NCBI GenBank assembly: GCA_965247845.1
Contig: OZ252040.1
Coordinates: 95,615 to 159,614, forward strand
Direction: 5' to 3'
DNA length: 64,000 nt
From: Nitrospirales bacterium
GTDB taxonomy: Bacteria; Nitrospirota; Nitrospiria; Nitrospirales; UBA8639
Position numbers and translations under genes: made by a program. Under the pieces are notes generated by a model. That model had not been told where the DNA came from and ran no database searches. It saw nothing but the letters and a program-made list of their open reading frames with translations. Shown piece after piece: positions 55,923 through 64,000 of this stretch (the stretch's first letter is position 1; each line of letters starts with the position of its first letter).

Positions 55923-56365
55923 TTGCCGCGTATCATGCTGGCTACGTCGTAGACGCCTCTGTCGGAGTGAAATGGTTTGTTCGGGAACGGGAAGCCGACC
56001 GCGAGGCCGCCCTGGCCTTGAGACAACGCCATATAGAGGGAAGAACGCGAATGATTGTGCCGGAGTTATTTTTATTGGAAGTGCCCAATGCCATCAAAGC
56101 CGGCAGAAAGGGCACGGAAGAAGAATTAGCCGAAGTGCTTACGACTCTGGCTGACCTGGACATACAAGTCGAACAACATACGCATCAGGTGTTGCGGAAA
56201 ACCAATGCGGTCGCGTGGGCCTACAAGCTCACGTGGTACGACGCCGTCTACGTCGCCCTCGCCGAGATCCTAGGATTTCCCTGTGTCACGGCGGATGAAG
56301 CCCTGCTCCGAAAAATGAAAGGCCATAGCATTGTGCTTCGGTTAAAGGATTTAGCCTTTGAATGA
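55919..56365 (+). CDS. vapC: PIN-domain toxin (VapC family)
   Basis: YVVDASVGVKWF..., LEVPNA, WYDAVYVALAE acidic PIN residues. Confidence 0.8.
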   Translation: MIAAYHAGYVVDASVGVKWFVREREADREAALALRQRHIEGRTRMIVPELFLLEVPNAIKAGRKGTEEELAEVLTTLADLDIQVEQHTHQVLRKTNAVAWAYKLTWYDAVYVALAEILGFPCVTADEALLRKMKGHSIVLRLKDLAFE

Positions 56366-56398
56366 TGAGGACTGAAATTGTCCCCCAGGTTTTGTACT

Positions 56399-56563
56399 GT
56401 CATTCCCGACATTTTTAATCGGGAATCCAGGAATATGTTATTCCGAGCAATACACCAACGTGGTCATTCCGAGCGAAGCGAGGAATCTCGTCGTAGTTAT
56501 AGGACCGTCTCTCACGCCTTATAGAACCCTCGCCCCCGGAGGGAGAGGGCAGGGTGAGAGGGT
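56399..56563. repeat. Cluster of short repeats (R1, R2, R4)
   Basis: GTCATTCCCGACATTTTTAATCGGGAATCC (56399-56428), GTCATTCCGAGCGAAGCGAGGAATCT (56463-56488) and CCCTCGCCCCCGGAGGGAGAGGGCAGGGTGAGAGGG (56527-56563). Confidence 0.7.
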
Positions 56564-56602
56564 AAAGGGGAGGTAAAGAGACTGATTGGCGGTGGTCTTG
56601 TC

Positions 56603-56631
56603 ATGTTCTCCACGAGCGCGGGAATGAACCG
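56603..56631 (+). repeat. Solo degenerate type I-E-like CRISPR repeat (copy 1)
   Basis: ATGTTCTCCACGAGCGCGGGAATGAACCG (29 nt), compared with the canonical I-E form GTGTTCCCCGCG..GCGGGGAT[AG]AACCG. Confidence 0.55.
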
Positions 56632-57057
56632 GAGAATGTCATGGAGAAAGCAATCAAAATTCCAGTGAATAGACTTCTAAATTGTCCTCTTGATTTTATT
56701 ACAGAAATAACGGCGGTAGTAGTCGATGAGTTGAAACGATATAGTCCTAAAAAAGGGCGGTTTTTTTAGAAAGGCTGGCTTTCTATCGCTTGGCAATATG
56801 GGGATATAGCGACATATCGATGAAGACAGAGACGAAAAGACTCTTGAGCTTTTGGAAGAGACTATTTCAGAAATTGGAAAATTTTTGCCTCAGGATATTA
56901 TTCTTATGGGGGGCGGATTCAGGTGGGGTGTTTCAATACGTGGAAATAGATAAAAAGGGGGTTGTACTCGATACCCCCGCTGGAACTGGAAGAACGGTTG
57001 TTGCCCTTATAGAAGACTAATGAATCGGCCGAGACGCCTGTGGGCGCTTGGCGAGAG

Positions 57058-57101
57058 GGATGTATATATAATTTGATATATACATCCAGTTTATCTATAA
57101 T
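57058..57101 (+). promoter_or_regulatory. vapBC promoter with operator palindrome
   Basis: GGATGTATATAT-AATTTG-ATATATACATCC (perfect 12-bp arms) overlaps TTGATA (57073-57078). A 17-nt spacer precedes TATAAT (57096-57101). Confidence 0.7.
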
Positions 57102-57129
57102 AGGCCTATTGCTAGAAAGGAGGGAAAAT

Positions 57130-57378
57130 ATGACTACGGCGGCTTACATTGGTGAGGCCAAAATTTTTACAAACGGGGGCAGCCAGGCTGTCCGACTGCC
57201 GGCAGAGTGCCGTTTTCATTCAAAGACTGTGACCATTCAAAAGCTCGGCCGCTTGGTCATCATCCAGGAGAAAAGTAAATCCTGGGATGAATTTTTTGCA
57301 CGGCCACGAGTGCCGAAAGGCGATCAAATCCAGCGTGGGAAGCATAATGAGTTTGATTTTCGAAGGCCCTTCAAATGA
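57130..57378 (+). CDS. vapB: AbrB/SpoVT-type antitoxin VapB
   Basis: Start at ATG 57130 (GGAGGG upstream). KIFTNGGSQAVRLPAECRF SpoVT/AbrB loop. Confidence 0.85.
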   Translation: MTTAAYIGEAKIFTNGGSQAVRLPAECRFHSKTVTIQKLGRLVIIQEKSKSWDEFFARPRVPKGDQIQRGKHNEFDFRRPFK

Positions 57379-57773
57379 CGTACATGCTCGATACTGACAT
57401 GTGCATCTACATTATTAATGAGAAAAAGGCTGTGTTAAAAAACAGGCTGAATCAACATCTTGGCCATGTGTGTATCTCCTCGATCACTTTGGCGGAACTA
57501 CTTTTTGGTGCTGAAAATTCCAAACGCCGTGATGCCAATTTTGCCGAAGTTTTAGAGTTTGTGAGCAATCTGTCTGTGGTGCCCTTTGATGATACGGCCG
57601 CGATGGACTACGGCCGGGCGCGGGCCGAACTTCAGCAGATCGGGAAACCCATCGGGCCGAATGATATGTTGATTGCCGCCCATGCGCTGGGTATTGATGC
57701 AACTTTGGTGACAAATAACGTAAAAGAATTTTCACGGGTTAAAGGACTCCGGGTGGAAAACTGGCGATCCTAA
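57375..57773 (+). CDS. vapC: PIN-domain toxin VapC
   Basis: MTYMLDTDMCIYIIN..., ITLAELLFGAE, PIGPNDMLIAAHAL. ATGA overlap with vapB. Confidence 0.9.
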   Translation: MTYMLDTDMCIYIINEKKAVLKNRLNQHLGHVCISSITLAELLFGAENSKRRDANFAEVLEFVSNLSVVPFDDTAAMDYGRARAELQQIGKPIGPNDMLIAAHALGIDATLVTNNVKEFSRVKGLRVENWRS

Positions 57774-57794
57774 ATTGATCCGGAAGAAAAACGA

Positions 57795-57823
57795 GTGTTC
57801 CTCGGAAGCGCGGGGATGAACCG
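57795..57823 (+). repeat. Solo degenerate type I-E-like CRISPR repeat (copy 2)
   Basis: GTGTTCCTCGGAAGCGCGGGGATGAACCG. 22/29 identical to copy 1, same orientation. Confidence 0.6.
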
Positions 57824-58007
57824 CTCTGCCACCACGTCTGAATATTGTAACGCATCCCCGAAAGTTGGGTGAAGGTGGGAACTGGTTCGGACAATCAGTT
57901 GATAATACCGAGAAACGTAGCGCCCACCTTTCGAGGTGTGCGACGGTACAGTAAAACTTTGTCTTCAATTTGCAGCTTTTCCAACACTCAGGAAATGGAG
58001 TCCGATT

Positions 58008-58472
58008 ATGCAACGTCCGCCATTCCCTCCTTTCACCGAAGAGACGGCAACGCAAAAGGTTCGCATGGCCGAGGATGCATGGAACGGTCGTGATCCAGCC
58101 AAGGTCGCGCTTGCGTATACCCCTGACAGCACATGGCGGAATCGTGCCGAGTTTCTCGATGGGCGCGCTGATATTGAAGCATTCCTGACCAGGAAATGGA
58201 ACAAGGAACTCGATTATCGACTCATCAAGGAGCTCTGGACGTTTGGCGGAAATCGTATCGCTGTTCGCTTTGCCTACGAGTATCACGACGATAGCGGTAA
58301 TTGGTTCCGTGCCTACGGCAATGAGAATTGGGAATTCGACGAAAACGGCTTGATGCGTCGTCGGATCGCCAGCATCAATGACCACCCGATAGCCGAAAGC
58401 GATCGCAAATTCCTATGGCCATTGGGCCGCCGTCCCGACGACCATCCGGGCCTGAGCGACCTCGGACTTTGA
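58008..58472 (+). CDS. DUF1348 family (NTF2/SnoaL-like) protein
   Basis: [30 protein letters not shown]...[10 protein letters not shown]...[10 protein letters not shown] matches the conserved DUF1348 pattern. Start at ATG 58008. Confidence 0.75.
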   Translation: MQRPPFPPFTEETATQKVRMAEDAWNGRDPAKVALAYTPDSTWRNRAEFLDGRADIEAFLTRKWNKELDYRLIKELWTFGGNRIAVRFAYEYHDDSGNWFRAYGNENWEFDENGLMRRRIASINDHPIAESDRKFLWPLGRRPDDHPGLSDLGL

Positions 58473-58494
58473 TTGAAGGCGAACCGGTTTTCTT

Positions 58495-58550
58495 TGTAGG
58501 GCGGGATTTCATCCCGCCTCCCTCCTGGCCGCATGAGATGCGGCGCTACA
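58495..58550. repeat. R3-family palindromic repeat
   Basis: TGTAGGGCGGGATTTCATCCCGCC-tccctcct-GGCCGCATGAGATGCGGCGCTACA. Confidence 0.7.
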
Positions 58551-58653
58551 AATACGAAGGAGCAGCTTGCACAGTACGGGATGAAAAGGGAGGGTGCTCG
58601 GTCTGGTACCTGGTTAGGTAGCGCGAGCCGTTCGGTGAAGGACTGATGCCTGT

Positions 58654-59058
58654 TTAGTTCTCAGACGGACCCCTGAAATGCAGGGAAAGGGAATTGATGC
58701 AGAATCGTTGGCCTGTCGGTGCAGGACCATCGTCAAAAACATGTCCCAGATGGGCACCGCAGCGACTACAGGTGACTTCCACACGCGTCATCCCATAGCT
58801 ATGGTCGGTTTTGGTATCCAGGACCTCTTCATTCGCGGGTTGCGTGAAACTCGGCCACCCCGTGCCGGATTCAAACTTATTTTCTGAGAGGAACAGGGGA
58901 TTCTCACAACAAATGCAATGATACGTTCCTTTGGCTTTATGGTGGTAGTAAGTGCCACTGAAAGCCGACTCGGTTCCGTGTTGGCGAGTCACGTAGTATT
59001 GTTCCGGGGATAATTGCTGCTTCCATTCGTCCTCGGACTTGTGAATCTTCTCAGTCAT
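58654..59058 (-). CDS. msrB: Peptide-methionine (R)-S-oxide reductase MsrB
   Basis: GTYHCICCENPLF, GWPSF, CSRCGAHLGHVFDDGP, RFCINS. Start at ATG 59058. Confidence 0.9.
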   Translation of the reverse strand: MTEKIHKSEDEWKQQLSPEQYYVTRQHGTESAFSGTYYHHKAKGTYHCICCENPLFLSENKFESGTGWPSFTQPANEEVLDTKTDHSYGMTRVEVTCSRCGAHLGHVFDDGPAPTGQRFCINSLSLHFRGPSEN

Positions 59059-59632
59059 GTCGAACTCCCTTGTCACCAGAAACAATAAGGGCCTTTTTCT
59101 GTACAGCGTCCAAGACCATTTGATCATCCATACCCGCGTTCCACACGGTGTTCAAAAATTCGGCCGGCTCCATATTCACACTTCGCAAAAACGGGCGGTC
59201 GGCTCCGCAGCCGAACATGATATCCGGTGAGAGTTCCCCGCGAAGCTTGGCACGGGCCTTGGCGATAATGCGGGGGAGCCATCGATACCCACCCAACTCG
59301 GCATAACCGGATGGGAGGGTCGCCGAAGGGATCATCTTGTTCGAGGGTTTTCCCTGTTGCACTGTCAGAAAGTAGGTGCGGCGGATTTCGGTCATTGCCG
59401 CAACAGCGTCGAAAGTCGGCTCGCCGTCTTCAACCCAGTCCTCAACGAAATCATACAGTTCTTGGGCCGAGGTGCCAATCGAATCGAGAACGGCCAAAGC
59501 CTCACGGCCAATGACCTTTTCAGGGCCTCGATCCCCCTGTTCAAACCGCTGTACGGCCTGGTCATAAATATCGCGAAGTTGGGAAAGCCAATCTTGAGAA
59601 CCGTGGTCTTCTGTTACCGTCTTTTCTGTCAT
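59051..59632 (-). CDS. DUF5069-like domain protein
   Basis: The C-terminal half LGGYRWLPRIIAKARAKLRGEL...FGCGADRPFL...EFLNTV fits the DUF5069 pattern as I recall it. 8-nt overlap with msrB. Start at ATG 59632. Confidence 0.55.
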   Translation of the reverse strand: MTEKTVTEDHGSQDWLSQLRDIYDQAVQRFEQGDRGPEKVIGREALAVLDSIGTSAQELYDFVEDWVEDGEPTFDAVAAMTEIRRTYFLTVQQGKPSNKMIPSATLPSGYAELGGYRWLPRIIAKARAKLRGELSPDIMFGCGADRPFLRSVNMEPAEFLNTVWNAGMDDQMVLDAVQKKALIVSGDKGVRHD

Positions 59633-59706
59633 GTATTCATTGTGTGGGCAAAGTGGAGGCATCGTCAAGCCCTTGGGGATTGCGTCGGGCTTTTGCAAAA
59701 GAACGG

Positions 59707-61092
59707 TTAGTCGGTATCGGAAGAGAGCGATGCGGCTAGAGAGTCGGTCGAGTTTGCAAGCCGATGCAGGGTAAGGTAGGCCATGGCTTCTTCATGCACG
59801 GTGACTCCTTTCGCGAGGAGTTCGTGGTAGGCACGCGGCGTAAGCTTGCCTGCAATCCACAACTCAATGTTCTCAACTTGCTGGGCAGCGGATTTCCAGT
59901 TTGTGACGGTTTTTGCCGCACTGGCAAGTTCAGCTCTCCAAGGAAGATAGTCGATAGGAAGCATGCCGACTAGGGTGTGATCATGCGTCAATCCCATCAG
60001 CAACCTGTCTTCAAGCGCCACAATTTCATGAAGCGGTCTCACGTTCTGATGGTACGTGAGCAGCATTTCAGCCATTTGTTGGAAAAACAGCGCCTCCTCT
60101 TCAAACTCTGCTGACATGGCGACTTCCAAAAAAGTTTTTCGGTTGTTGACGGTATCCATCTCGAACAGCGCTTGGATCAGAACGGTTTCATGACGAGGAG
60201 AGTACCATGGGTGATTGAGAAATGCTTCGATGAGCGATGCATCGATGTTCATGGCCTCAAGTTTTTCCCGGTTCAGTCGTCGAAGTTCTTCAGGAGAATG
60301 ATCCCGTAGGAGTTCGCCAATGGTGGTACTTAACGACGTGCCGGTCAGCACGGCGCCGGCCGGCCCTCCAATGGGAAGGGTTGCGAGTCGAACGGCTGTG
60401 TCCCCGGCATACCCTGCCAAACTCAAGCTATCGAGTTTTTCCTGCAAGACCGGGTTGGAGGAATACACATCCACGCCAAAGTGATCCGCGACTTGTCGTT
60501 TGACGGTTGAAAGACCGATCAGTTCTTCGTTTTCGGTATCTTCAAATTGTCCTCGTTCACCGGTGGTCATTTCTCCGATTCGTGTCGCCATGCGCCACAT
60601 GCCTTTGGGGACCGCCAGAATGGTTTCGGTGGGTTTCGTGAACAGGCCCAGCACAAAGTTAAAAGGGCTCAGGATCGCATGCTTTACTCCCGCTGCCAGA
60701 CTCTGGAGGTGATTCACGTCTTCTTCCATGGTTACGATAGCCTGAATTTCCTGAAGACGGATCCTCAGCATGTCTTCTCCGTAGGCCTCAAACTGTCCAT
60801 ACGGTGAGGTGATCAGAAAACGATGCGTGTATCGAAAGGGAATCACCTCATCCAAGACGGTATGGTGTTCCCCTTTGAGCACTTCAGGATCGATGATGTC
60901 TCTCGCGTCAAGGATAGACGGTGTCTCATATTCGGTGGTGGTGATCGTCGGGGAAGGGGGGAAAGGTGAAATGGCTGTGACAAAATTCACACACAGCAGT
61001 GTCCAAAAGACTATGACCACAAAAGTAAAGGACCATAGTCGCCCCGGATGTGTGTACAGAGTAGAGGAAGTGTTATCCCCGTGTTTTCGCAT
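59707..61092 (-). CDS. Hypothetical 461-aa membrane-anchored protein
   Basis: Start placed at ATG 61092 (TM anchor LWSFTFVVIVFWTLLCVNFV). Long clean ORF. No family recognised. Confidence 0.5.
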   Translation of the reverse strand: MRKHGDNTSSTLYTHPGRLWSFTFVVIVFWTLLCVNFVTAISPFPPSPTITTTEYETPSILDARDIIDPEVLKGEHHTVLDEVIPFRYTHRFLITSPYGQFEAYGEDMLRIRLQEIQAIVTMEEDVNHLQSLAAGVKHAILSPFNFVLGLFTKPTETILAVPKGMWRMATRIGEMTTGERGQFEDTENEELIGLSTVKRQVADHFGVDVYSSNPVLQEKLDSLSLAGYAGDTAVRLATLPIGGPAGAVLTGTSLSTTIGELLRDHSPEELRRLNREKLEAMNIDASLIEAFLNHPWYSPRHETVLIQALFEMDTVNNRKTFLEVAMSAEFEEEALFFQQMAEMLLTYHQNVRPLHEIVALEDRLLMGLTHDHTLVGMLPIDYLPWRAELASAAKTVTNWKSAAQQVENIELWIAGKLTPRAYHELLAKGVTVHEEAMAYLTLHRLANSTDSLAASLSSDTD

Positions 61093-61329
61093 GGATTCGC
61101 CTTTAATTAAGTTGGACAAGTCGCTTTGCTTGCTAAGGCAAGTACTGCAAACTCCGTTCCAAATACTTATCTCATGAGGGCGACACGCGACGATCTTGCT
61201 TTGACCGAGCCGTGGGCCTGTAGTTTTTTCGTGGGTTTGGGGGGGAAGGCTCAAAAAGATCGGAGTCTGGACAAAAAAAGAGGAGCAAGGCTTAGAACCC
61301 TGCTCCTCTGCACGAATGATCAACCGGAA

Positions 61330-61797
61330 TTACGGCTTGATATAGATGTACCCTTGTTGTTGAAGATCGGCAATACGTTTCACGGCGACAGGATGTTCGG
61401 TAGGTATAAAGCCCGCCACGAGTTTTTCAAGTGGCGTGCCGAACAGTTTCATCGACACTTGGCACATTTCGGCTGAGGCGCCTTTGTCCATTGCGGCCTT
61501 GAGTTTGGCTTTGAGTTGTGGATCAACGGTGTCTTCTTTGAAGAGCTCGAGGGCCGGACCATGGACCACGAGCTTCACATCGATATTCTCCGGTCCACCT
61601 TCGGCTTCAATGTGTTTATTGATGAGTGCCATCGCGTATTTGGCGGTCGCCAAGTCCTTCCCGTCGACATGATACAGCACCTTTATTTTCTCTTTGGCTA
61701 GGGCGGGGGCGGCGTCAATGGCAAGTCCGAATCCAACGGCTAAAGCCAAGATAACAACAAGAGAGCCTATGAGAGATGGTTTATGAGAGGCGTACAT
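61330..61797 (-). CDS. Secreted DsrE-family (COG1416-like) protein
   Basis: Start at ATG 61797 (GGAGGG upstream), with a signal peptide. KVLYHV...VVHGPA... and C-terminal GYIYIKP are typical of this family. Confidence 0.65.
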   Translation of the reverse strand: MYASHKPSLIGSLVVILALAVGFGLAIDAAPALAKEKIKVLYHVDGKDLATAKYAMALINKHIEAEGGPENIDVKLVVHGPALELFKEDTVDPQLKAKLKAAMDKGASAEMCQVSMKLFGTPLEKLVAGFIPTEHPVAVKRIADLQQQGYIYIKP

Positions 61798-61948
61798 AGA
61801 TCCCTCCTTGGAGGAAATGGTGAAAAAGCTCAAGCTAATACTTGAATGACAACATTATCCCAGCTTTCAACAAGAATAGGCAAGAAAACAAACGCTTGCC
61901 CCCTTTGATGGTGCCCGCTAAGCTTACCGGATTACCCAGGAACACGTT

Positions 61949-63235
61949 ATGTCCTTCATCGCCGATCTCCATATTCATTCCCGCTATTCCCGCGCCGTCA
62001 GCAAAGACATGGTCCCGGAGAGTCTCTATCGTTGGGCTCAACTCAAAGGGATTACCGTCGTCGGAACCGGAGACTTCACGCATCCTGGCTGGTTTACCGA
62101 ACTCCAGGAGAAACTCGAACCGGCTGAACCGGGCCTCTATCGCCTGAAGCCGGAACTCGCCGCTCAGGTGGATGCCGAGATTCCCGAGTCTTGCCGGGCT
62201 GAAGTCCGGTTCATGCTGACGTCCGAGATCAGCAGTATTTATAAGCGCCATGAGCGCACGCGCAAAGTGCACAACCTGATCTTCGCGCCCAGTTTCAGCG
62301 CCGTGGCGAACATGACGGACAAGCTGGCGCGCATTGGAAATCTCCATTCGGATGGCCGGCCCATCTTGGGATTGGACAGTGAGCAGTTGCTGCGCATTAT
62401 GCTGGAGCGTGCTCCGGAGGCCTTGTTCGTTCCCGCCCATGCCTGGACACCGCACTTTTCAGTGTTTGGGGCTAACTCAGGGTTTGACTCTTTGGAAGAA
62501 TGTTTTGGGGAACTGAGTCCACATATCCAAGTGATTGAAACCGGACTTTCCTCGGACCCGTCCATGAACTGGCGACTGAGTCAGCTTGACGGCATTACCT
62601 TAATTTCGAACTCCGATGCCCATTCGCCCAGCAAGCTTGGCCGTGAAGCCAATGTGTTGAACAGCGACTTGTCGTTTGCCGGCATCAAAACGGCCTTTAC
62701 GAGTTGCGATCCTACACTGTTCATGGGGACGATCGAGTTTTTTCCGGAAGAAGGTAAGTACCATTATGACGGGCACCGAAACTGTCAGGTCCGCCTGTCC
62801 CCGGAGGAAGCCAGAACCCACAACAATGTCTGTCCGGAATGCGGAAAGCCCGTGACGCGCGGGGTCATGCATCGTGTCGAAGTGCTGGCCGATCAGCCAA
62901 CCGGACACCGTTCCCGCAAGGCGTTGCCCTACTGGAGCATGGTTCCGCTCGTCGAGTTGATTGCCGAGGTGCACGGCGTTGGAGTGAATACTAAAAGGGT
63001 GACCGAGGCCTACCAGCGGATGCTTGCGAATTTAGGCAATGAATTGAAGATTCTGAGGGACGTACCCATCTCGGATATCGAAGAGGATGGGGGAAGTCTC
63101 CTTGCCCTCTCAATCCAACGCATGCGCGCGGGCAACGTGGCCATTGCTCCGGGCTACGACGGGGAGTACGGGACCGTTTGTTTGCTGTCTCAAGAGGATC
63201 GGCAATCCCATTCCTCTCAAATGCCGTTGTTCTAG
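61949..63235 (+). CDS. Endonuclease Q-like PHP-domain protein (TIGR00375-type)
   Basis: ADLHIHSRYSRAVSKDM, GTGDFTHP, VPAHAWTPHF, SNSDAHSP and the zinc ribbon CPECGKPVTRGV parallel archaeal EndoQ. Confidence 0.8.
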   Translation: MSFIADLHIHSRYSRAVSKDMVPESLYRWAQLKGITVVGTGDFTHPGWFTELQEKLEPAEPGLYRLKPELAAQVDAEIPESCRAEVRFMLTSEISSIYKRHERTRKVHNLIFAPSFSAVANMTDKLARIGNLHSDGRPILGLDSEQLLRIMLERAPEALFVPAHAWTPHFSVFGANSGFDSLEECFGELSPHIQVIETGLSSDPSMNWRLSQLDGITLISNSDAHSPSKLGREANVLNSDLSFAGIKTAFTSCDPTLFMGTIEFFPEEGKYHYDGHRNCQVRLSPEEARTHNNVCPECGKPVTRGVMHRVEVLADQPTGHRSRKALPYWSMVPLVELIAEVHGVGVNTKRVTEAYQRMLANLGNELKILRDVPISDIEEDGGSLLALSIQRMRAGNVAIAPGYDGEYGTVCLLSQEDRQSHSSQMPLF

Positions 63236-63327
63236 CAGAAGGCGCCATAAGGCATGTCCCAGCCCCTGAGCGGGGATGGCGCCACTACAAATGATGCGGT
63301 TGTTGCCCTCTGAAGTTTGATGCCTCC

Positions 63328-64000
63328 ATGAACATCGAGAACAACCTTTTGTTTGAGAGTCTCAATGCCCAGCAGAGAGAAGCCGTGTTGGCAGGCGACG
63401 GGCCGGTGCTCGTTGTTGCTGGGCCTGGTACCGGCAAAACCAGAACGCTGACGGTGCGTCTCGCGTATTTGCTGACGGATCAGCACGTCGCACCTGAGGC
63501 ATTACTGGCCGTCACCTTTACCACGCGGGCTGCAAGAGAAATGCGTGAGCGGTTGGAACAGCTCGTCGGGGCTCTGGCGGACAGGGTGTTTCTGGGAACC
63601 TTCCACAGCTTTTGTTTCCAATTGCTGCGAGCGGAAGGACATCGGCTTGCCCTTCCGCAAGACTTCGGCGTGGCTGATCAACGCGATCAGGTGACGATCA
63701 TGCAGCGGGCCTTGCGGCAACTAAAACAGCCGGACAATCGAACCGCGACCCAACGGATACTCCATGATGTGTCCGCGTTCCGCAATCAACAGACCGACAG
63801 CGACGTATCGGTGGACAACGCAGGCTTGTCTGAAATTTGTGAAGCCTATCAACAACAATTGCGAAAATGTGACTTGCTGGATTTCGATGAACTATTGCTC
63901 TTTGGCGTGCAGTTGCTCGAACGCTTTTCGGATGTTCGGAAAAGAATTCAACGGCAATTTGCCTATGTTCTGGTTGATGAATATCAAGACGTCAATCCGG
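63328..64000 (+). CDS. UvrD/PcrA/Rep family helicase, N-terminal part (runs off the window end)
   Basis: Hand translation from ATG 63328: LNAQQREAV...VVAGPGTGKTRTL...VTFTTRAAREMRERL...VLVDEYQDVNP. Confidence 0.85.
   Translation, partial: MNIENNLLFESLNAQQREAVLAGDGPVLVVAGPGTGKTRTLTVRLAYLLTDQHVAPEALLAVTFTTRAAREMRERLEQLVGALADRVFLGTFHSFCFQLLRAEGHRLALPQDFGVADQRDQVTIMQRALRQLKQPDNRTATQRILHDVSAFRNQQTDSDVSVDNAGLSEICEAYQQQLRKCDLLDFDELLLFGVQLLERFSDVRKRIQRQFAYVLVDEYQDVNP

Noticed and set aside
56641-57020. Two small ORFs between the first solo repeat and vapB (a 42-aa MEKAIKIPVNRLL... and the 76-aa 56790-57020 with VLDTPAGTGRT)
   Set aside because: The second ORF faintly resembles a SAM-binding motif I, but it is far too short. 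Neither has a convincing RBS. They are possibly gene debris, so I did not call them as features.
56603-57823. A bona fide CRISPR array
   Set aside because: There are only two degenerate repeats, 1163 bp apart. There are no further copies at 60-61-nt spacing on either side and no cas genes in the window. I report them as solo repeats instead.
57732-58385. 217-aa minus-strand ORF
   Set aside because: It is antisense to the DUF1348 gene (58008-58472), whose sequence matches a conserved family pattern. The minus-strand ORF has no motifs and begins inside vapC.
1-64000. tRNA, rRNA, tmRNA or RNase P genes
   Set aside because: I scanned for GGTTCGAATCC-type T-arm sequences and CCA-proximal acceptor patterns and for rRNA-like conserved blocks, and found none. 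This was a by-eye scan only; tRNAscan-SE or Infernal should confirm it.

Overview
This is a chromosomal window from a diderm bacterium (porin-like barrel, FtsEX-EnvC, HtrA/DegP). It also carries a complete Pup-proteasome type gene set (arc/mpa, dop, prcB, prcA, pafA). That combination suggests a Nitrospirota-like lineage, but this is inference from gene content only. About 70 protein-coding genes are supported. Most are housekeeping: fhs, uvrB, ffh, the rpsP-rimM-trmD-rplS-rnhB block, ftsEX-envC-ctp, thiSGE, hsp20, arfB, oligopeptidase B, a sigma-70 factor, HtrA and an OmpR-type two-component pair. There is also a fur-linked Fe(III) ABC importer, an ApbE/FMN-binding envelope cluster, two PIN-toxin TA modules and DNA-repair genes (tag, EndoQ-like, UvrD-like). 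I saw no rRNA, tRNA or CRISPR array. The notable points: (1) The proteasome operon has no detectable pup/UBact modifier gene. (2) thiS, just upstream of it, reads 45 codons past its Gly-Gly end through an inserted hairpin repeat. (3) Two 142-bp MITE copies in inverted orientation (137/142 identical) bracket the 12.3-kb thiSGE-to-proteasome segment. (4) Two solo degenerate type I-E-like CRISPR repeats flank a vapBC cassette. (5) A segmental duplication (apbE 3-prime end plus a His-rich LTxxQ gene) has one decayed copy of each part. (6) Several families of short hairpin repeats and two larger palindromic elements sit in intergenic DNA, one of them between a response regulator and its kinase. Start codons were refined by hand where an RBS or signal peptide supported it. 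All family assignments rest on recognised motifs, not on searches.
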